A DNA stretch of 64,000 nt from Felis catus (GCF_018350175.1 NC_058368.1:222892001-222956000); one strand, 5' to 3'. Positions 48,620-62,706 are shown, counted from the first letter of the stretch. A program made the numbers and translations. The notes: generated from the sequence alone by a model not told the origin.

Positions 48620-49089
48620 AGGTGCTTAATTAGACTTTTAGTATTAGTCCAAATTTCCATGACTTTAGGTCAGATTTAAACATAGATCTATCCAGTGTAA
48701 AGAGGGGGGATATGATTATTTATGTTCATCAAGTGAATTTCATCTAAGTCGTTTTCAGATTTACACATTATTGCAACTTATATTAAAAAGAAAAAAAAAA
48801 CAAAAAGGAGAAAAGAGAGCTGGAAGAAGAGATTTTACACTGATTTTCTTTGCCAATTAAACTCTAATTGTATCTTTACATTGATTCTATGTTAAATCTC
48901 AGTTACATTTTGAGTCTTACAAGTTATTCTGGAAAATATATTATAAAATATAACATTTAAGCATTTAAATATCAAGATAATATTTGAATTTAAAGAATCA
49001 AGATAGACTTTAATATAGAGGTTAATATCCTTTAAAAAGGAAAAATTTTCAACACATTGGATATATTTATAATTTTCTTCTTCATCTAC

Positions 49090-49091
<2 letters not shown>

Positions 49092-49165
<74 letters not shown>
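49092..49165. repeat. (TTTC)n microsatellite
   Basis: Visible run. Confidence 0.97.
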
Positions 49166-49166
<1 letters not shown>

Positions 49167-49324
49167 TTCCATCTCCCGTTTCCAACCAGCAAGGGTCCTT
49201 CATAAAGAGCTTACATTTTGGAAGAATGTTCATATTCCACTTGCCTTCTATAACTTATACCAGGACATCTCTCATCAAAATTTTTTGAGAAACATGATTT
49301 TCAGCAAGGCACATGTCCATTTTA

Positions 49325-49561
49325 TTTATCATTTATTTTTAGATTATTATTATTATTTAATGTTTATTTATTTTTGCAAGAAAGAGAGAGACCGAGCCTG
49401 AGTGGGGAAGAAGCAGAGAGAGAGGGAGACACAGAATCCAAAGTAGGCTCCAGGCTCTGAGCTGTCAGCACAGCGCCTGACTCGGGGCTCAAGCTCATCA
49501 ACCGTGAGACCATGACTTGAGCCAAATTGAACGCTATGTGACAGAGCCACCCAGGTGTCCT
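49325..49561 (-). mobile_element. CanSINE
   Basis: TSD atgtccatttt; gagacacagaatccaaagtaggctccaggctctgagc. Confidence 0.94.
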
Positions 49562-50360
49562 GGCTTATGTCCATTTTAAATTAATGTTTGAATTGCCTGT
49601 GGAGTAGGATTCAAACTCTGCCTGTTGAATGTGTAATGGAGTAGAACCACAAACTCTGCACTGTAAGTTATAAAATAGTTAATAGCTGTTTCATAATTTT
49701 GAAAAATTATTCACTTGGATAAACAATCAAACATTTTTTCTGTTTTTAGATGAAATGAATGTGAGTACATAATTTATACATATTGATACTCAAAATCTAC
49801 CTCATATGATTTTCAAGGTTATGGTTATTTTTCATAATTGTGTGAAAGTCACATAATACATGTTTACTGGATGAAAATATTTAATATTTACCCTTCCCTT
49901 TTCTCGAAATGTGAGTACTAATATATTTCTATTCTGTAAATTTCAATAAATACTATTTCACATAATTTATATGAGATAAAACTATGACGCCTCTGCTGTA
50001 CTTTCCCAGTACTAGATTTTGTTCATTTGTTTCTATCAATCTTTCTTAGTCTAATAAGGATTCTTCATATGATCATATAAAGAAATCAAATAAATTGTAT
50101 AAATTTCTACATGGCAGCATATAATAGACTATATAAGTCTTTGCTCATTAATATGACTACATATTACATATGGCTAATATTGAGTGCACTCAGTAAGTTA
50201 CTGGTGTTTGTAAACTTATCTACTCCTCAAAATTACCTTATGATATACATATGATTATTACTTTCCAGAAGAACTGTGGATAAAATCAAACTGGCATGAT
50301 TTTTATACGACTCTAGACAGACACTATAGGTTAACTAATTCAAATTTAAATAAACCTAAA

Positions 50361-50570
50361 GGGATGCCTGGGTGGCTGTCAGGAAAGCATCCTCCTATTG
50401 GTTTAGGCTCAGGTCAAGATCTCATGGTTCATGAGATTGAGTCCTGTGTCTGGCTCTGAGATGACAGTGCAGAAGCTGCTTGGGATTCTCTAACTCTCTC
50501 TGTGTCCCTGACCTGCTCTCCTCTCTCTTTCTCTCAAAATAAATAAATAAACATTAAAAAAAACAAAACT
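50361..50570 (+). mobile_element. CanSINE (older type)
   Basis: gggatgcctgggtggct head, CT linker, A tail. Confidence 0.91.
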
Positions 50571-50900
50571 TAAGACAACAAAAAAATTATATCAGAAACT
50601 AAAAATAAAAGCATTTAACACAGAGTAGCTAAGATTAACCACTTATGAAAAGCTTCTGAAGCATAAAAAAAAAAAAAACATAAAGTGATTCACATTTGTG
50701 ATTACACTTAAGTTTCTTCTTCAGTCTTCTGAGAGATTTAACGTATACCCGTAGGGAAAAGCAGCAACAATTGTGGTGTAATTAATAAAAATTTAGTCTG
50801 TAATGAAAATATGTTTGTTATATGGAAGTGTTCTAATAATAGAAGATTTTGTTGAATAATAACACATATTGGAAGTGGGTTGTAAGATCTTTTAAGTATT

Positions 50901-51120
50901 GGGATGTCTGGGTGGCTCAGTCGGTTAAGCGTTCAATTTTGGCTCAGGTCATGATCTCGCAGTTCTTGAGGACCAGTCCCGCGTCGGGCTCTTTGCTGAC
51001 AGCTCAGAGCCTGAAGACTGTTTCAGATACTGTGTCTCCCTCCCTCTGCCCCTCTCCTGCTCATGCATGCACTCTTTCTCTCCTTTTCAAAAGTAAATAC
51101 ACATTTAAAAATTAAAAAAA
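50901..51120 (+). mobile_element. CanSINE (host of a nested insertion)
   Basis: gggatgtctgggtggctcagtcgg head; its TSD ttttaagtatt reappears after the nested copy. Confidence 0.94.
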
Positions 51121-51357
51121 GGGGCGCCTGGGTGGCGCAGTCGGTTAAGCGTCCGACTTCAGCCAGGTCACGATCTCGCGGTCCGTGAGTTCGAGCCCCG
51201 CGTTGGGCTCTGGGCTGATGGCTCAGAGCCTGGAGCCTGTTTCCGATTCTGTGTCTCCCTCTCTCTCTGCCCCTCCCCCGTTCATGCTCTGTCTCTCTCT
51301 GTCCCAAAAATAAATAAACGTTGAAAAAAATTTTAATTAAAAAAAATTAAAAAAAAA
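51121..51357 (+). mobile_element. Young felid CanSINE (SINEC_Fc-type) in the A tail of the previous SINE
   Basis: Near-identical to the 2749 copy, CpGs intact. Confidence 0.98.
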
Positions 51358-52679
51358 TATATTTTAAGTATTTATTCAGCTGCTGTTTCTGATTAGCGTT
51401 ACCCTTAAAACTTCTTCTAGCTTTACCATAGATGGGCTCAAATAGCAGGTAAAACTGTTAAACTATCTTTGTCCTGACTTCACACATACATAACTACTTA
51501 TAATTCTAAGTCTGTTTGTTTGTTTTCTGATATCTCAGATTTGAGATGATAGTGTTATAGAAAACAAATTGACTCATTTTGGTACCTAGAAATATACACC
51601 CCGTATTCACAGTTATAAAACAAAACATTCTGGTGTATAAATCAATGTTTTAGAAGTTTGGTTAACATGATTCACTTACCTACATTCACAGCTCAGCTTC
51701 TGTGATGTAAAACTGAGAATCCAATTTAGATTAGTTAGTACGCTTACCTACGAGACCTTTTTTTCTTTCTCTTTTGATAATTATTTAACTGCCTGAATGT
51801 TATAACTGCTCTATAATTTCATTTCTAATGGAGATTCTGAATACTTTATAAGAGCACTTTAACAGTTATACACAGAAACAGGAAATAATTTTCAATTGTA
51901 AATAGTGACATATCTCTTCATCTGTTACTCTGAATTAAAGCACATCGCTATTTAAAAATAAAATAAAATGGTAGCTAAAACAAAGATACCATGTGATTAT
52001 ATGAAGGTCAACATGTGCTTCCACTTACATTCTTAAGCGCAGACAAGTAAAATATCATCATAAGAGGCCAAACAATTGGCCCGGGGTCTCTACCTGCAAA
52101 AGGTCACTGGGATTGATGCTCATGTGTGTTTAGTTTGCACAGATAAAAACTCAGATTTGTAGTTGCCAATGTTGAGATGTGTGTTTTATGTTTCAAAAAG
52201 AAGCAATTATAAAAAAGAACATCAGGGACTACAGTGCTCGAAAAGTGGCCCTCAACATTTTCATCGCTTCTGCTGCCACTTCTTTGGACGTTAGAGTTCA
52301 TGGCAAAGAGAGTTTGTGCTCAAATCTCTCGGATGAACGCTGTTCTTTCGTCATGTAACCAGTAGATTTGTAAGCATCTTCTATCTTCTGGGAGTAGAAT
52401 CAGGCTGGCAGTTTATAAGGAAGAACACGATTGCGTACTTCCATGTTTCTTGTACATTTGTTGATGAATGACATTATTTATGTTACTTACAGTCAACTAC
52501 TTATCCCTTTTTATTACTTAATGGTGTCATCTATTTGAAACATGTCTCATTGAAGAAATAACCTTCATACAGTCAGAATGGAATCTATCAGTTCAATATT
52601 TAAAATCTCACCAAAAGTTTTAACTTGAAAAAAAAAATAACCTCATATACATTTTATCATTCAGTGACCACACATTTAA

Positions 52680-52879
52680 ATATTTTTATTTTATTTTTGA
52701 GAGAGAGAGAGAGAACGAGCAAGGGAAGGACAGAGAGAGAGGGAGACACAGAATCTGAAGCAGGCTCCAGGCTTTGAGCTGTCAGCACAGAGCCTGACAC
52801 GGTCTTGAACCCATGAATTATGAGATCGTGACCTGAGCTGAAGTCGGACGCTCAACTGACTGAGCCACCCAGGAGCCCG
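52680..52879 (-). mobile_element. CanSINE
   Basis: TSD agtgaccacacattt / agtgatcacgcattt. Confidence 0.95.
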
Positions 52880-53857
52880 AGTGATCACGCATTTTTATAG
52901 TTTAATTTACTTAAACCAAAGAGAAAGTATTTGGTGTATGTTTATAGATAAATAATTATACTTTTTCAGAAGATAAAGTGTAAGAATTATCTAGTCAATA
53001 AAAATAAATGAATCTTTTGAAGTATAATATCTGTTTGAGTTCATTGCAAATTTTCTCATTTTTTTCTAAATATTTTACTTTTGATTTTAATTAAAATTAT
53101 TTGTTCCTTTTACTAATTATCTACCAGCCTCTAGCTATTATTGTGAAGTCATAAAGCCTACATACTGTGACTTCAACTACTAGAATTTTCCTTTTCCCAA
53201 AAAACGTACCTTTGACCCACCTCTGACGGTATGCCAGTTCCTTCTTACAGAATCTGCTATCTTCACAACTGTCTTTAACTGACTGTATTGAAGAGAGTAC
53301 CCTTAACTTTTTGAATTCATATTCCACCTTTCTGCCTCCCTGCGGGTAAACATTTGCTCATTACTTAGCATAGGACAGATTAGTAAACATTAACTGAGTT
53401 GAATAAAACTGGAGAAGCGTGCGTTTAATAGACTGTGTCTCCTAAAACACACAAAGAAGCATCAGAACAGAGGTTTGGTGAGAGGTGAGGAAGGAACATC
53501 TTGAGTCAACTCATTAGCATGAACTAGTATGTTATGTGAATAAATTGTTAGGCTGGATGTTTGGGAAGACACTGAGGTGAAGGCATGGGCTGTGATGGGC
53601 AGGGCTCCACTGGACGAGGAAATAAGGAGAAAGCAGGAAAGATGTCAGGGGCTGAAGTGCGCTCAAGAAAAAGAGCTGAGCTTCCAGGTGTAGAGTTAGT
53701 TTGGTTAACCCACCATGTGGTATTTCCTTAATTCAAGAAAAATTCCCAAATGCTGGATATTTTCACTTTATGCATGTAAATTACTATATGCCCTCTCTAA
53801 GCCAGTTACTAAGGGATTGGAATACATAATTGCATTTAATATTTAGAAAAATACAAT

Positions 53858-53945
53858 TTTATTATCTCCATTTTAGTGATGAGGAAGTTAAACCTAGATT
53901 GGTTTTGGGTCCTTCTGACACCAGCCCTTTGCTCTTGACCATCAG
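53858..53945 (-). mobile_element. MIR fragment
   Basis: ttattatctccattttagtgatgaggaagt is the reverse MIR core. Confidence 0.65.
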
Positions 53946-54871
53946 GGATATAGGAGTGTTCCGCATAGAGTTTTGTTCACACAGATGTGCCATGGTTGAG
54001 GTAGTCTGGTATTTTGAATTATTAGTTTCTTTGTAATTCTGGATCCATGATTATCTGCTTCACATTGTTACTTCTGCTTTCCTTCAATAAAAGACTAGAA
54101 TTCTATTTCAAAAGCATGTGCACAATCTTTTGTTTCTTTATACATTGTTTTCTGTCTAGAGTTTACATACCTTTCATCAAATTCTTAATAGATCTGTGAC
54201 TAAAAGGGGTTTTAAAGAAATAAGAACAACAAAGGGATAGGAAGAAAATCATACTGAAAAGTGGATCGTTTGGAAAGCACAGCTGTGTTTGCAAGTGGTT
54301 TCCTAATTACAGTATGTGATAATTGGTATGCACAAATAATGAATAGTCACCTGAATAAAGTTTGTGGAATATGAGAGGGAATTCTTATAAGGCAGATTTA
54401 TAAACGCACAATATGGCCTCTATGCACATCTCCTAACTTAACTGCTATGTCTCTAAGTTGATATTTTATAGAATTAACTCAAGGCCAATCTATATAGTAA
54501 GCACCTGTCCTTTGGCCCTACCTACCACCTTTTATATTTAGCACCACTACTGTGAACCTATGGACATTGTTCATAATTCCATATACTGCTGTTTCACCTT
54601 TCTTAAATGTTGGTAGTCATTCTCTGGCTACAGGACAATCACAATCACCACAACATCTAAATATGACCATGTGCTTCTTTTCTTAAGCTCTTGTCATCTG
54701 TCAACCAGGAATGATGATAACATTTGTGGTTGATTTATGAATGACCTATTACTCCCTTCTGAACTTTGATTTCATATTGCAATTAAGATGCAGAATCAAG
54801 TGATAACTCAAATACTGAGAATGTCTGTTCTACAATACGGCCATCAGGTTTTCATGGTGCTTTATATGTGA

Positions 54872-55083
54872 TTTTTTTTAATGTTTATTTGTTTTGAGGG
54901 AGCAAGAGCACCTACGCGTGGGGGAGGGGCAGAGAAAAAGGGAGGAAGAGAATCTCAAAGAGGCTCCACACTGACAGTGCAGAGCCCCAAGTGGGGTTAG
55001 ATCCCACAAACCATGAGATAATGACCTGAGCAGAAATCAAGAATCAGACATTTAACAAATGGAGCTAGCTACACAGGAGCTCC
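54872..55083 (-). mobile_element. CanSINE (older type)
   Basis: atgacctgagcagaaatcaagaatcagacatttaac, T tail. Confidence 0.9.
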
Positions 55084-55209
55084 TGTGATGTGTTTTTATG
55101 TGTTGTGGGGAATGTTTAAATAGGGGCTTGTGATCTATCTCAAATCATGGTATTCAATGTCATGAGGTTTTTTGTTTGTTTGTTTGTTTTTGTTTTTTTG
55201 CATAATTAC

Positions 55210-55395
55210 AATATCAGGTGCTGTGCAAGGCACTGCAATGTACATTTGTCATCTTGCTGAGTGTTTTCAATGTTCTAAGATAAGTATTAATATCCCTTTT
55301 TTCTTAAGGTGGTATATTAAACAACTCAGTCTGGATCAGGTGGACATTCACGCTTTGGTTTTCTGGATATAATTTTGGAACTTTCTCTTTTATCA
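55210..55395 (-). mobile_element. MIR fragment
   Basis: tcaggtgctgtgcaaggcact...ataagtattaatatccctttt. Confidence 0.5.
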
Positions 55396-56431
55396 TGACT
55401 GGCCTGTTGAGCATCTATTTTTTTACCTTCCCCATTGCTGTGGTTTCTATTTTAGCTCAGAAAAATAAATTGTTTCTGGGCACATTTGTTTTGGGATTCA
55501 AATCCAGGAATATATATGGGCATATAAAAATGTTTTAGAACCTCTTTTGATATAGCTTCACTTGTTTTAAGCTAGAATATACTACAGAAGAATGTCATCT
55601 ATTTCAATATTACTGCAAAAATGGTGTTTCCAGATTGTTTTATAAGAAGGTAAAATAAAGTTTGGGACCGATTTTAGCATGAGTGTAGGTTTTATTTATT
55701 AAGCCTGCTCTACAAGGACAAGAAAAGCCATTGTGCCGAGCTGAAGACATATCTACTAACAAATGGCCATTTAGTTCTGATTTAATGTAACTCCTGGGCA
55801 CCAGTAAATCCACTGATGCAATACCAAGCCAAAACATAAGATCTTTAAGTTTTGAGGCTTCCTGCCAAACTGTTGCTTAATGCAGTCATACTCAGACATT
55901 AAATCTGCTGTTTAAAGACTAAGTAAATTAAAAAAAAAAAAAGATGAGTTATCTCTCTCTTTTTTTTTTTTTTTGGCCTTGATATGGGAAATTAACCAGG
56001 TTCTTCATTCATTCCACTGATGTATGATTTTAAATGTTGGGTGGAGATAAAACTGCCTTACAAGTGACAAAGACAAAGTTTATTTGATAAATAACATAGT
56101 ACATTATGTAAAGTCATTACAATTCAAATACATTCAATCATTTTTTTCTTATTGCAGAAGTTTTGAAAATGATAAAGTGTCAAGAAACAACATTTGTATG
56201 TATTTGTCATAACTTTATTATTTTCATGTTCGCCTGGTCCAACACATAAACTCCTACCAATTTTTCTTAAAACTATCAATATTGAGATTTTCTGATCATT
56301 GTAGAAGTAGGCAATTTATTTGATTATCTTCTGACTATTCTTTTCCACTATGTAAATGATGAAGCTAGTCTGAAGTGGATTGTCTCATTGGGACAATTGA
56401 GTATCTCATAACCATATCAGAGATCCTTTTT

Positions 56432-56474
<43 letters not shown>
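56432..56474. repeat. (CAA)n microsatellite
   Basis: Visible run. Confidence 0.96.
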
Positions 56475-56475
<1 letters not shown>

Positions 56476-56799
56476 AGATTTGATTGATGGCCTGATTCTG
56501 AAAAGTCTTCTTTTACTTTAAATTAAATCTTAAAAAATAAAATTTCAAAAATAAAATTCAGCACCCCTCAATAGAAGCTGTTATTAGATAGTATGTTGCC
56601 AGTCATTTATGGTAGATTATATTTAGTTATTTTCTCAGTCATATGTTGAAATTGTCTTAAATGGAATATTTATGTTCTGAGCAAAATATCTTAATACTAT
56701 ATAGTGCCCCATACTTCAATCACTGGTGATAAAATTTCAGCTGAATAGTGTCAGAAATCTTCAATGAGGGTCCACAGGGCTAAGCTTTACTGGTAGTTT

Positions 56800-56930
56800 G
56801 ACCCCTATTAGGTGGATCATCTTGAGTAATTAACATACCTTTTCTGGGCCTCAGGCTCTTGATCTGATAGAGGTGGGGGTGGAGGGGATGTTTCCAAAAT
56901 CCTCCTGGAACTGAAACTTTTCTGATATGA
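56800..56930 (+). mobile_element. MIR3-like fragment
   Basis: tcttgagtaattaacataccttttctgggcctcag...ttccaaaatcctcctggaactga. Confidence 0.55.
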
Positions 56931-57911
56931 AGTTTCAGATTATAATGTTAAACATAATTACTGAGTTTGTGTCATGATCTGTTTATTTCATTTAAGATTG
57001 CTTATTTATTCAGTTATTTACTTAATGTTAAATTGTATTTTCTTAAAAGTTTAAGAGACCATCTCAGTCAAGTTCAATTTTGGACTCTGTTAGGATTCTC
57101 TTTGAACAACAAAACTGTAAACATATATTTGGGGACAGAGCTATTTCTATTTAGACAAAGTTTACATGATAATAAATAATAATGTTATTAATTACAAATG
57201 ATGTCATATTTGTCATTATGTAAGAAAATATCGTTATTTTTTAGAACTTTATGCTAAATTGTTTACAAGAAATTTTCTTTGTATATGGTATTTGAAACAA
57301 AAGTTAACTAAAATTTGTAGATAAAACACATATACCAAAACGGTCATAACTTCAATTGAGATTATAAGTAGAATGGAATTTTCCACTGGTATTCCTTAGT
57401 ATAGTTATAATGCTGGGAATTGACCCAAACAGGGTGTAGATTTACCAGGTGCCTTTATAGTTAGGGCTTGCACTGGAGACAGTTCTAACATATGGAATGT
57501 ACCCTGTGTGTCCTAAGTAGATGCTTGAATAAATCTGTTGCTTTCATCGCTTCACCTTCTCGCTGACTAATTTTTCACAACTCAGATTTAGGTAACAAAT
57601 ATTTACTGAGAATTTAAGCATTGCCTCAGAATAAACATGATGTATATATTTTGAAATACATAAACGTGTCTCTGTGGTGCTAAGAATGATGATTTCTGTG
57701 GAGATAGGAACTCATTTCTGCCATCAAATAAGTCTTTATCTCCAAATCCCTCTCGGCCAGGACATTAATAAGCACATATCACTCACACTCATTTCATGTT
57801 CAGGCACTCCATCAAAGCTTCTCTAGGTTTTGGGACAGACACAATGCCTGCCAGGGCAGACAATTTGGGACAAGACCATTTTTCCCTAATTTGGAACAGA
57901 TGATATATGCC

Positions 57912-58122
57912 TAAACATGGTCTCTGGTGTCAGAGACCTGAGACCTGGGTTCAAATCTCAGTTCTTAGCACTTATTAGCTATTAACATTAAGATAATTAC
58001 AGTTTAATGTTATCGACAAAAAGAAACAAAAGAACAAACAAGAATATCAACAACATGGTTTGTTGAGAAGTTAATAAATTAATAATGCAACACCTGACCC
58101 ATATAAACATCACAGTTAAGAT
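57912..58122 (+). mobile_element. MIR
   Basis: ctctggtgtcaga...acctgggttcaaatctcagttct...cacttattagct. Confidence 0.75.
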
Positions 58123-58124
58123 GT

Positions 58125-58342
58125 CTTTTTATTTTTTTTTAATTTTTATTTATTTTTGAGAGAGAGCATGCACACACATGCACACACACCACGAGTTGGA
58201 GAAGGGCAGAGAAAGAGCCAAGCAGGCTCCACACTGTCAGTGCAGAGCCCGACGTGGGGCTCAAACTCGCAAACTGTAAGATCATGACCTGAGCCAAAGT
58301 CAAAAGTCCTACACTCAACTGGCTGAGCCAGCCAGGCACCCC
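58125..58342 (-). mobile_element. CanSINE
   Basis: TSD aagat(g/a)tcttt; reverse head ccaggcacccc. Confidence 0.94.
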
Positions 58343-61110
58343 AAGATATCTTTATTTATAACATTTTTTGTTATCACCAATATCTCAAAAGTAAAAAAAA
58401 AAATAAATAAATATAATAACCATTCTATAAAGATTTACTAAAAAAATATAAAATGTTTGGAAATTGTTCCAATTTGTTTTGAAATTAATTTACATACAGG
58501 GAAAATATATAATGATTGTTAGTTTCATTGTTTGATTAAATATGTATATCTGTCTATAATCCCACTTTCTCAACTTTGTGTTTTTTCTGTCATTAAATTT
58601 TTCAAGATACTTTTCTATTTAATGTAGTAAGCAATAGCTCCTTCTTTTCCCAAAAAGCAGCACAAAATAGAAGCCAGAACTTGGGAATCAAAGGTTCTTA
58701 ACTGAACCCTTAATAAATTATACATCGTCAGCCCTCAATGGTCGGGCTTCTAGGAACAGATGACAGCATAGATTTAATGAAGCTTTACAGATGTTAAAAT
58801 GGATCCAAGTAAAGAAGAGTATAATTAGAGATTAGTTAGTATTTTGCTTCACCATTCATCACATTTTAAATTTCACCTGAACCTGTAAACTAAATTCAAA
58901 GATTGATACATAATTAGAAAATGTTAAAGCAATCAACTTAAAACGTAGACGATGTTATCAAATCTTGTGGATTCATGTGTAGAGTTAGTAATCTCTCAAA
59001 TCCAGTCAATAACTGTTTTTAAAGTAAACACCTATGTGTGAAGCACTCTTAAAAGTAATTCAGAAAATAAACTTCTGTGCACACTTATTTTCAGCATAAA
59101 AAGAACTTCCATATGCACTGCTTGAATTGATTAGTGCACATAGTTTGATTAAAAAGTGCAATTTTATCTTTTTTTTTAGCTTTTATTGTAGGAGAAAAGC
59201 ATAAATCATTGTCTTGAAAACCTAACAAATTAAATCTACACTTGGATGCAATTACAAAGTATTATGAGTTTTTCTTTGATATTAGCAATCATATTTTTGT
59301 TTTTTTTTTCCTTTTTTTATGTTCAAATTAATATTTAAAGACCCCAAATGATGTTTGCTCTTCTAGTACATATATTTTGTCACTTCAATTTAGGATAATT
59401 GACATCACAAATAACTTTTTTTCTGGCAGTCCACATTTTTTGCATTTTTTTAAATTTAATACATCTTTAACTAGTGACATATGTGTATCATTGTTAGCCA
59501 GATATTGGTTTCTTAAGACTGAGATCTAGGAGATCTTAATTAAACAATATTACAAGTAAGAATAATGTGAAATAATAGAAGAAAAAGGTTTAAAGGTTAT
59601 CAAATATCATATTTTTGCTTAAGTGTAAATAATTGCAACTTTATTATTCAGGCAGAATTGACATATAAAACCTATGACTGTTTAGAGTAAAAAATATATA
59701 TAATATGCTTTGAAAGAAATGTATGGTATGAATTCATCAGAAAAATCAAGGTAGTTGACATTACCACTCTCTGGAAAAGTCCCTCTTTCTATTTTGTAAT
59801 CCCTCCTCAACAGGCCTCTCTGCCTTCCATGTCTTTATCTGAGGTCTGATATTATAGATTACTTTGTATGCCTAGAAATTTTACAAATAGAATAGTATAT
59901 AACATGTGCCTTTTTTTGTCTAGCTATTTTCATTTAGCATAATTATCTTTCAGTTTATCCATATCAGAGCATGTACCGACAGTTTATTTATTCTTTTTTA
60001 TTGCCAAGTATTATTGCATTGTATGAATATGCCACAGTTGCCGGGGAGGGGGGCAGGGAGGTTATAAACCTTGTGTCTGTTGAGAGACATTTATGTCTCT
60101 ATGTCTCCAGAATTTGGCTATGACAAATGAAGTTGCTATGAACATTCATTGAGTCTTTGTACAAACTTATGCTTTCTATTCTCTTGGTTAAATGTCAAGG
60201 AGTAGAATGGTTGCATCATATGGTAAATGTATGTTTAACTGTTTTGCAAAGTGATTGTCCAATTACACATTCCCACCAGCAAGCTATAAGAGTTCAAGTT
60301 CCTTTATATCCATGTCAACACTTGGTATGATTGGTCTTTTTTATTTTTGCCATTTTAATGGGAGTAAAAAAGTAGTTGTGCGTTTTTTTTTTCATATTTC
60401 CCTAATGACTAATGTTGCTGAGCATATTTTCAAGTATTATATGGTTCCACATACCTTTTTTGGTGAAATGTCTATTTAAATGATTCCCCAGTATTAATTG
60501 GACTGTTTTCTTATTACAGAGCCTGGGGTTTTTATATGTATTCTGAAAACAAACTATTTTTGAGAAATATGGTTTGAAAATAATTTATCTAGTTTATCAA
60601 TTGTCTTTTCATTCTTTTATCATATGTCTTATATAGATAGGTAAATAGATAAAGATAGATATCAGTATATACTTTTGATGTCATATCTTATGCATGTCTG
60701 CTTTACTCAAGATCACATTTTGTCTTTGTTTTATTTTAGGTGGTTTATGGTATAGGTTTTCTATTTAAGTCTATGACCTACTTTAAGCCGATTTTGGTAT
60801 TTGGTGCAAGGTGTAAACCTAATTTCTTTTTCTAGTACTCTTTATTGCAAATAGCCTTTTTCTAATACTTGCCTTGGCTCATTTGTCAAAAATCAGCTGC
60901 TCATATACAATTAGACCTATTTCTAGGCTCTCCATTATGTGCCATTAACCAATTTGTTTATCTTCATGCCAACATTACATTACCTTATTTATTGTGGGTT
61001 TTTAATGTCTTATAATCAGACTGTCAGTTTTCTTAATTTGTTCTTTTTTTTATTATTGATCAGGTTACTCTGGGTTCTTTGAATTTCCATTTTAATTTTA
61101 GTTTGTCAGT

Positions 61111-61307
61111 TTTCTCTTTAATTTTATTTATTTTGAGAGAGAGGTCGCAGGGGAACGGACAGAGACAGAGGGAGACATAATACCATACAGGCTCCTCACC
61201 ATCAGCACAGAGCCTGATGCAGGGCTCGAACTCACAAACCATGAGATCATGACCTGAGCCAAAATCAAGAGTCCGGCACTTAACTGACGGAGCCACCCAG
61301 GCGCCCC
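61111..61307 (-). mobile_element. CanSINE in L1
   Basis: TSD ta(g/c)tttgtcagtt; reverse head caggcgcccc. Confidence 0.95.
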
Positions 61308-61539
61308 TACTTTGTCAGTTGAATGCAAAAGCTTACCGAGGTTTCCGTTGGAATTATGTTGCTCCTATAAATGAATTCGTAGAGGATAGACATTTTAACC
61401 ATATTTTATCTTGTGACCCATGAACAGAGTAGTTCTCTCATTTTATGTTGATCTTCTTTAATTATTCTCACCTTTGTTTTACAGCTTTTGTTGTGCAGAT
61501 ATTTGATATATTCGGTCAGATTTACCCTTAAAGCTTCTT

Positions 61540-61775
61540 ATTTTTTAAATGTTTTCTTTTTTTAATTTATTTTTTGAGAGAGAGAGAGGGAGAGAGAGAG
61601 AGAGTGAGCATGAGCAGGGGAGGGGCAGAAAGAGAGGGAGACACAGAATCCAAAGCAGGATCTAGGGTCTGAGCTGTGGGCACAGAGCCCAACACGGGGC
61701 TCGAACTCAGGAACCCTGAGATCATCACCTGAGCGGAAGTCAGCCGATTAGCCCACTGAGCCGCCCAGATGCCGC
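61540..61775 (-). mobile_element. CanSINE in L1
   Basis: TSD taaagcttc; gagacacagaatccaaagcagg. Confidence 0.94.
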
Positions 61776-62501
61776 TAAAGCTTCAATTTTTTGCTTGTCA
61801 TAAATGCCAGTGTTTTAATTTTCTGATTTTTCGTTGATAGTATACAAATTGACTTTCTTTATATCTGTTTTTATAACTTGCAATCTTCTTAAACTAAGGT
61901 ATTAAGTACAGTAACTCTTTACAGTTTCAATTAGATTCTCTACATAGATGACAATTTCTTTGTGAAGAAATACTTGAGGCTTCTTTTTTTTTTCCAATTT
62001 GCTTGTCCTTTATTCATTTCCTTCCTTTATTTCACTGGAAAGAACCTCATGGAAGAGTTTGTATGTAAATTGTTTGGTTTCTTTTTCAAAATTTGGAAGA
62101 CTTTACTAGTGAAGACATCAAAGTCTAGATTTCCTTTTGACATTTTTAATATACTAATTCAATTTCTTTAATAAATATCAGTCTATTAAATTTCTTAGAT
62201 TTTTTTTTTGAGTGCCCTTTGGTGGTTTATATTTTTCAAGGAATTTGTTAGTTTAATCTAAGTTGTAGATTTCACTGGCATAAAATTATTTGTAATATAT
62301 CTTTATTATCCTTTTAAAAATGTTAGTGATATTATTCATGAAATTGGCAACTTGTGACTGTCTCTCTCCCTTTATCAGTATAACTGTATTTATAAAGAAA
62401 GTCTTAGTTTTGGCTTCATACTTTGAAAAATAATTTGTCTGGGTATATAATTCTTAGTTGACTTGTTTGGTTAACTATCAGCAATTTAAAGGAGTTGTTC
62501 T

Positions 62502-62626
62502 GGGCTGCCTCGGTGGTTCAGTTGGTTGGGCATTCAACTCTAGATTTCAGATCAGGTCATGATCCCAGGGTCCTGGAATTGAGCCCCATGTGGGGCTCCA
62601 TGCTGAGTGTGGAGCCTGATTGGGAT

Positions 62627-62657
<31 letters not shown>

Positions 62658-62662
62658 GTCTC

Positions 62663-62706
<44 letters not shown>

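Noticed and set aside
48892..49401. ORFs of 113-114 aa on both strands
   Set aside because: Driven by the (TTTC)n repeat
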